From Dictyostelium discoideum (Eukaryota): a DNA stretch of 64,000 bases. The stretch's first letter is position 1. Each line of letters begins with the position of its first letter. The translations under genes were made by a program, and so were the position numbers. The stretch covers positions 4,512,001 to 4,576,000 of the forward strand of contig CM000150.2 of the NCBI GenBank assembly GCA_000004695.1, written 5' to 3'. The notes under the pieces were generated by a model, which worked only from the letters and a program-made list of their open reading frames with translations, did no database searches and was not told the origin of the DNA. Shown here one piece after another: positions 61,901 through 64,000 of the stretch.

Positions 61901-63494
61901 CAAGTTTATCAGCCAATTCTTTATCTTGTTTCTCTTTTTCTAATTTATCAGCCAATTCTTTCTCTTTTCTTTGTTTTTCTTCTTTTTCTTTTTGTTCCTT
62001 TTCAAGCTTATCAGCCAATTCTTTATCTTGTTTCTCTTTTTCTAATTTATCTGCTAATTCTTTCTCTTTTTTCTCTTTCTCTAATTTATCAGTTAATTCT
62101 TTTTCAAGTTTTTCTTTTTCAAGCTTTTCTGCCAATTCTTTTTCTTCCAATTCTTTTTTCTCTTTCTCTAAACGTTCTTTTTCAAGTTTTTCTGTTTCTG
62201 CTGCTGCTGCTGCTGCTGCTAATTCTTTATCTTTTCTTTCTTTTTCTTCTTTTTCTTGTTTCTCTTTTTCTTCTTTTTCTTCTTTTTCTTCTTTTTCTTT
62301 TTGTTCTTTTGCAAGTTTATCAGCCAATTCTTTTTCTTGTTTTTCTTTTTCTAATTTTTCAAGTGATTCTTTTTCTTGTTTTTCTTTTTCCAATTTATCA
62401 GCCAATTCTTTTTCTTGTTTTTCTTTTTCTAATTTATCAGCCAATTCTTTCTCTTGACGTTCTTTTTCTAATTTATCAGCCAATTCTTTCTCTTCTTTTT
62501 CCTTTTGTTCTTTTGCAAGTTTATCAGCCAATTCTTTCTCTTGACGTTCTTTTTCTTCTTTTTCCTTTTGTTCTTTTTCAAGTTTATCAGCCAATTCTTT
62601 CTCTTTCTCTAATTTCTCAGCCAACTCTTTTTCTTGAGATTCTTTTTCAAGTTTATCAGCCAATTCTTTTTCTTCTTTATCTTTTTTTTCTTTATCTAAA
62701 CGTTCCTTTTCAAGTTTATCAGCCAATTCTTTTTCTTCTTTTTCTTTTTTCTCCTTTTCAAGTTTATCAGCCAACTCTTTCTCTTGACGTTCTTTCTCTA
62801 ATTTATCAGCCAATTCTTTTTCTTCTTTTTCTTTTTTATCAGTTAATTCTTTTTCTATTCTCTCTTTTTCTTCTTTTTCTAATTTTTCATTTTCTTCTTG
62901 TTTTAATTTTTCAATTTTTTCAGAATCTTTTTTATCTAATAAATCTTGAAGTTTTCTTTGTTCTTCTTCTTGTTGTAATCTTCTTTCTTCTTTTCTTTTT
63001 TCACGTTCTTCTCTAATTTTTTGTTGTTCCAATTCTAATTTTTTAGCTTCCTCTTCCAATTCTTTTCTTCTTTTCTCTCTTTCTTCTTTGGCTGAAATTG
63101 CTTGTGCTGATAATAATGAAGTTGATGAATCACCACCACTATTCTCAGAGATTGAATAAGATGATGTTGATGGTGATAATGCTATACTACTACTACCACT
63201 TGTGGGAGTTTTTGGCGATGTTATTCTATTTGCTTTATCAGACTCTAATTTCTCCATCTCTTCCTTTAGAATCTTTTCATCTTCCTCACGTTTCTTTCTT
63301 CTCTCTTCACGTTCTTTTTGTTTTTTTAATCTTTCTTCTTCATCTTTTTTCTCTTGTTCCGCTGCTAATCTTTGTTGTTCTTCACGTGCTTTCTTTCTTT
63401 CTTCATTTCTTTTCTCTCTTTCTTGTGCTTCCTTTTCTAATTCTAAACTTTGTTGTTTTAAATCCTCTAATCTTTTTTTTCTTTCTTCATCCAT
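58908..63494 (-). CDS. Villin/gelsolin-family actin-binding protein, 1528 aa: an N-terminal E/K-rich coiled coil of about 700 aa, gelsolin-like repeats and a C-terminal villin headpiece
   Basis: The C-terminus ..LSDEDFEKHLGSRAEWDALPAWKKTEKKKVSGLF is a villin headpiece (LPxWK...KGLF). The gelsolin-repeat signatures are FYVLDTVSEFYEWSG, AIYYWQGADASRQDVGSS and NVFVWSGLRAQEKEKK. The N-terminal half consists of repeated KELADKLEKE(K/R)QE units. It is a single exon. Confidence 0.8.
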   Translation of the reverse strand: MDEERKKRLEDLKQQSLELEKEAQEREKRNEERKKAREEQQRLAAEQEKKDEEERLKKQKEREERRKKREEDEKILKEEMEKLESDKANRITSPKTPTSGSSSIALSPSTSSYSISENSGGDSSTSLLSAQAISAKEEREKRRKELEEEAKKLELEQQKIREEREKRKEERRLQQEEEQRKLQDLLDKKDSEKIEKLKQEENEKLEKEEKERIEKELTDKKEKEEKELADKLEKERQEKELADKLEKEKKEKEEKELADKLEKERLDKEKKDKEEKELADKLEKESQEKELAEKLEKEKELADKLEKEQKEKEEKERQEKELADKLAKEQKEKEEKELADKLEKERQEKELADKLEKEKQEKELADKLEKEKQEKESLEKLEKEKQEKELADKLAKEQKEKEEKEEKEEKEKQEKEEKERKDKELAAAAAAAETEKLEKERLEKEKKELEEKELAEKLEKEKLEKELTDKLEKEKKEKELADKLEKEKQDKELADKLEKEQKEKEEKQRKEKELADKLEKEKQDKELADKLAKEKEEKERKEKELADKLEKEKKDKELADKVTKEKEEKDKKEKEFKLKLEKEQKEKELKLKQEREFAEKEERDRLEREKISKSIEKETKSSTITDQFKLSIEKQLQSQLENKKKPVQVTEDNSSSDGSTSTLTSLTKDRVKMKGRQAPSKSHKAPGSTSTSNGGGDDDVGSDQQPSLLSKALESNKNNESSPTTKKKIVLPPGAVGGIMGSMASLAMEAQKKKMEIENNKLLSNVLKDEPAAPNFVRGRSQSVSVTSTLKQDPNKFLNHKKSIDTYSGLRARLVHCKGKKRILTKEVEISINSLNKMDAFVLDCGIENSNVGGESVDSNSHSTIFTWYGSKSTANKKAKAVAIAEIIKSHERGGHATIIKLDEGDENELFYKRIGGGSSHKSTINPDGGDDLEAELNWASSFTLLKYLTDKDQLIHIDTKSLSMELLESDGFYVLDTVSEFYEWSGRNSDQSLKEQFHKKCQERLKNNQHRQSWVESVVLSEGGETVLFREKFFDWPDLSHEVSLQRMGFGKKRVFDVSIPYEKKSPAKMNQFQVREMVEIERAEEVLKSDGSGEYEIWYIENCKSYPLPKEEYGHFFSGCCYLIRYTYTKWNALKYAIYYWQGADASRQDVGSSSLLSKDLYIETSARGECSQDPERQGRETNHFNMIFNGKMVVHKGDRTTYQFNNNTTRMYHVFGKKSNAITASQTSKLSSTCLNSRDCFIITNCSTNQTFIWESKGSNKQLKEESSKLASLSNSISKSKTNPIIKVIKEGSEPDEFWKLIGGNGKYANFDYVYQNVPTDWENQIKLFAIVNTGTIIRADEIYRFSQYDLTPSKVYLLDNRKNVFVWSGLRAQEKEKKRGMEIAIDYVKYLADSRTENDVLFITQGDEPLSFTCYFHCWDSLRLNNSNNNNNNSNGSSNNTADGADELDDGASPKNAVNLLKKYYQVLPFEKLIEKNTPPEIDRSVLEMYLSDEDFEKHLGSRAEWDALPAWKKTEKKKVSGLF
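61650..62900 (-). repeat. Imperfect tandem DNA repeats (units of about 39-51 bp, ttatcagccaattctttctc...) encoding the KELADKLEKEx coiled coil of the villin-like gene
   Basis: The units ttatcagccaattctttatcttgtttctctttttctaa and variants recur more than 20 times on the plus strand. In the protein, ELADKLEKE recurs with a period of 13-17 residues. Confidence 0.7.
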
Positions 63495-64000
63495 TCTTTT
63501 TTTTTTTTTTTTTTTTTACTTTTTTTATTATTATTACAATATTAAATATATATATTTATATAAATACAACAATTTTTACTTTATTATATATATATAATAA
63601 AAATAAATTTAATGGATTTCAAAATTTTATTTTATATTAAAAAATAAAAATAAAAATAAAAATAAAATAAAAATAAAATTAAAAGAGTATCCATATAAAA
63701 TTTAAATAATTTGATTAGTATGTTCTTTCAAAAATTAAATAATAATTTATGTAATTCATCTAAAACAATTAATTTTTTTGTTTTTATTTTTTTTTATTCA
63801 ATTTTATTTTTGGTTCTGTTTCATTTTTGTTTTTATTTTTTTTTTTTTTTTATTTTTGTAAAAATTAAACAAATCTTACCTTTTAAAATTTAATGATTTT
63901 TTTTTTTTTTCTTTAAATATTAAGATATTAAAAAAAAATCTAACCAAACAATAATTAAATTCAATTAATATATTTATATAGTAATTAGTAAAATAATATA

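Noticed and set aside
60832-63640. Plus-strand ORFs (SFSNLSANSFS..., poly-L/F) opposite the villin-like gene
   Set aside because: They are antisense readings of the E/K-repeat array (GAA/AAG-rich on the coding strand gives TTC/CTT-rich Ser/Phe/Leu on the other).

Overview
This is very A+T-rich (roughly 75-80%) nuclear DNA with the hallmarks of Dictyostelium discoideum or a close dictyostelid. Coding regions are full of AAT/CAA trinucleotide runs (poly-N/Q), intergenic spacers are long A/T homopolymers, and introns are short (about 70-260 bp) with GTAAGT/GTATGT...AG boundaries. I can support about 22 protein-coding genes on both strands. Several I recognise with confidence from their protein sequence: ABP-120 gelation factor/filamin (abpC; exact 857-aa two-exon model), ubiquitin-activating enzyme E1, methionine aminopeptidase 2, a mitochondrial-type FtsZ, the CAAX prenyl protease Ste24, trans-2-enoyl-CoA reductase (TECR), acid sphingomyelinase, an S8 subtilase, an HMG-box NHP6-like protein, a kanadaptin-like FHA protein, and a villin-headpiece/gelsolin protein with a huge E/K coiled coil. 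The window also holds two identical tRNA-Ile(AAU) genes, both on the minus strand 10.7 kb apart, each followed about 35 bp downstream by an external B-box. The first tRNA copy is a retrotransposon landing pad. A 5'-truncated TRE5-like non-LTR fragment with a 13-bp target-site duplication sits 50 bp upstream of it. A 5'-truncated TRE3-like non-LTR element (reverse-transcriptase ORF, poly-A tail, 17-bp target-site duplication) sits 106 bp downstream. The second tRNA copy is unoccupied. Between the two tRNAs lies the most unusual item: a small intronless ORF encoding an HNH_3-type (phage homing-endonuclease-like) nuclease fused to a retroviral-type CCHC zinc knuckle. Other notable points are a DBF4-type zinc finger at the C-terminus of a giant poly-N/Q protein (a candidate Dbf4), a MUN-domain-like 1129-aa protein, two perfect DNA palindromes, and a GC-rich island in an AT desert. 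The ORF-track start positions are unreliable: many of its 'M' residues are TTG/CTG codons, and its ORFs are cut at stops in other frames. Gene models here were rebuilt by reading the frames and splice signals directly. Exon boundaries marked approximate should be treated as such.
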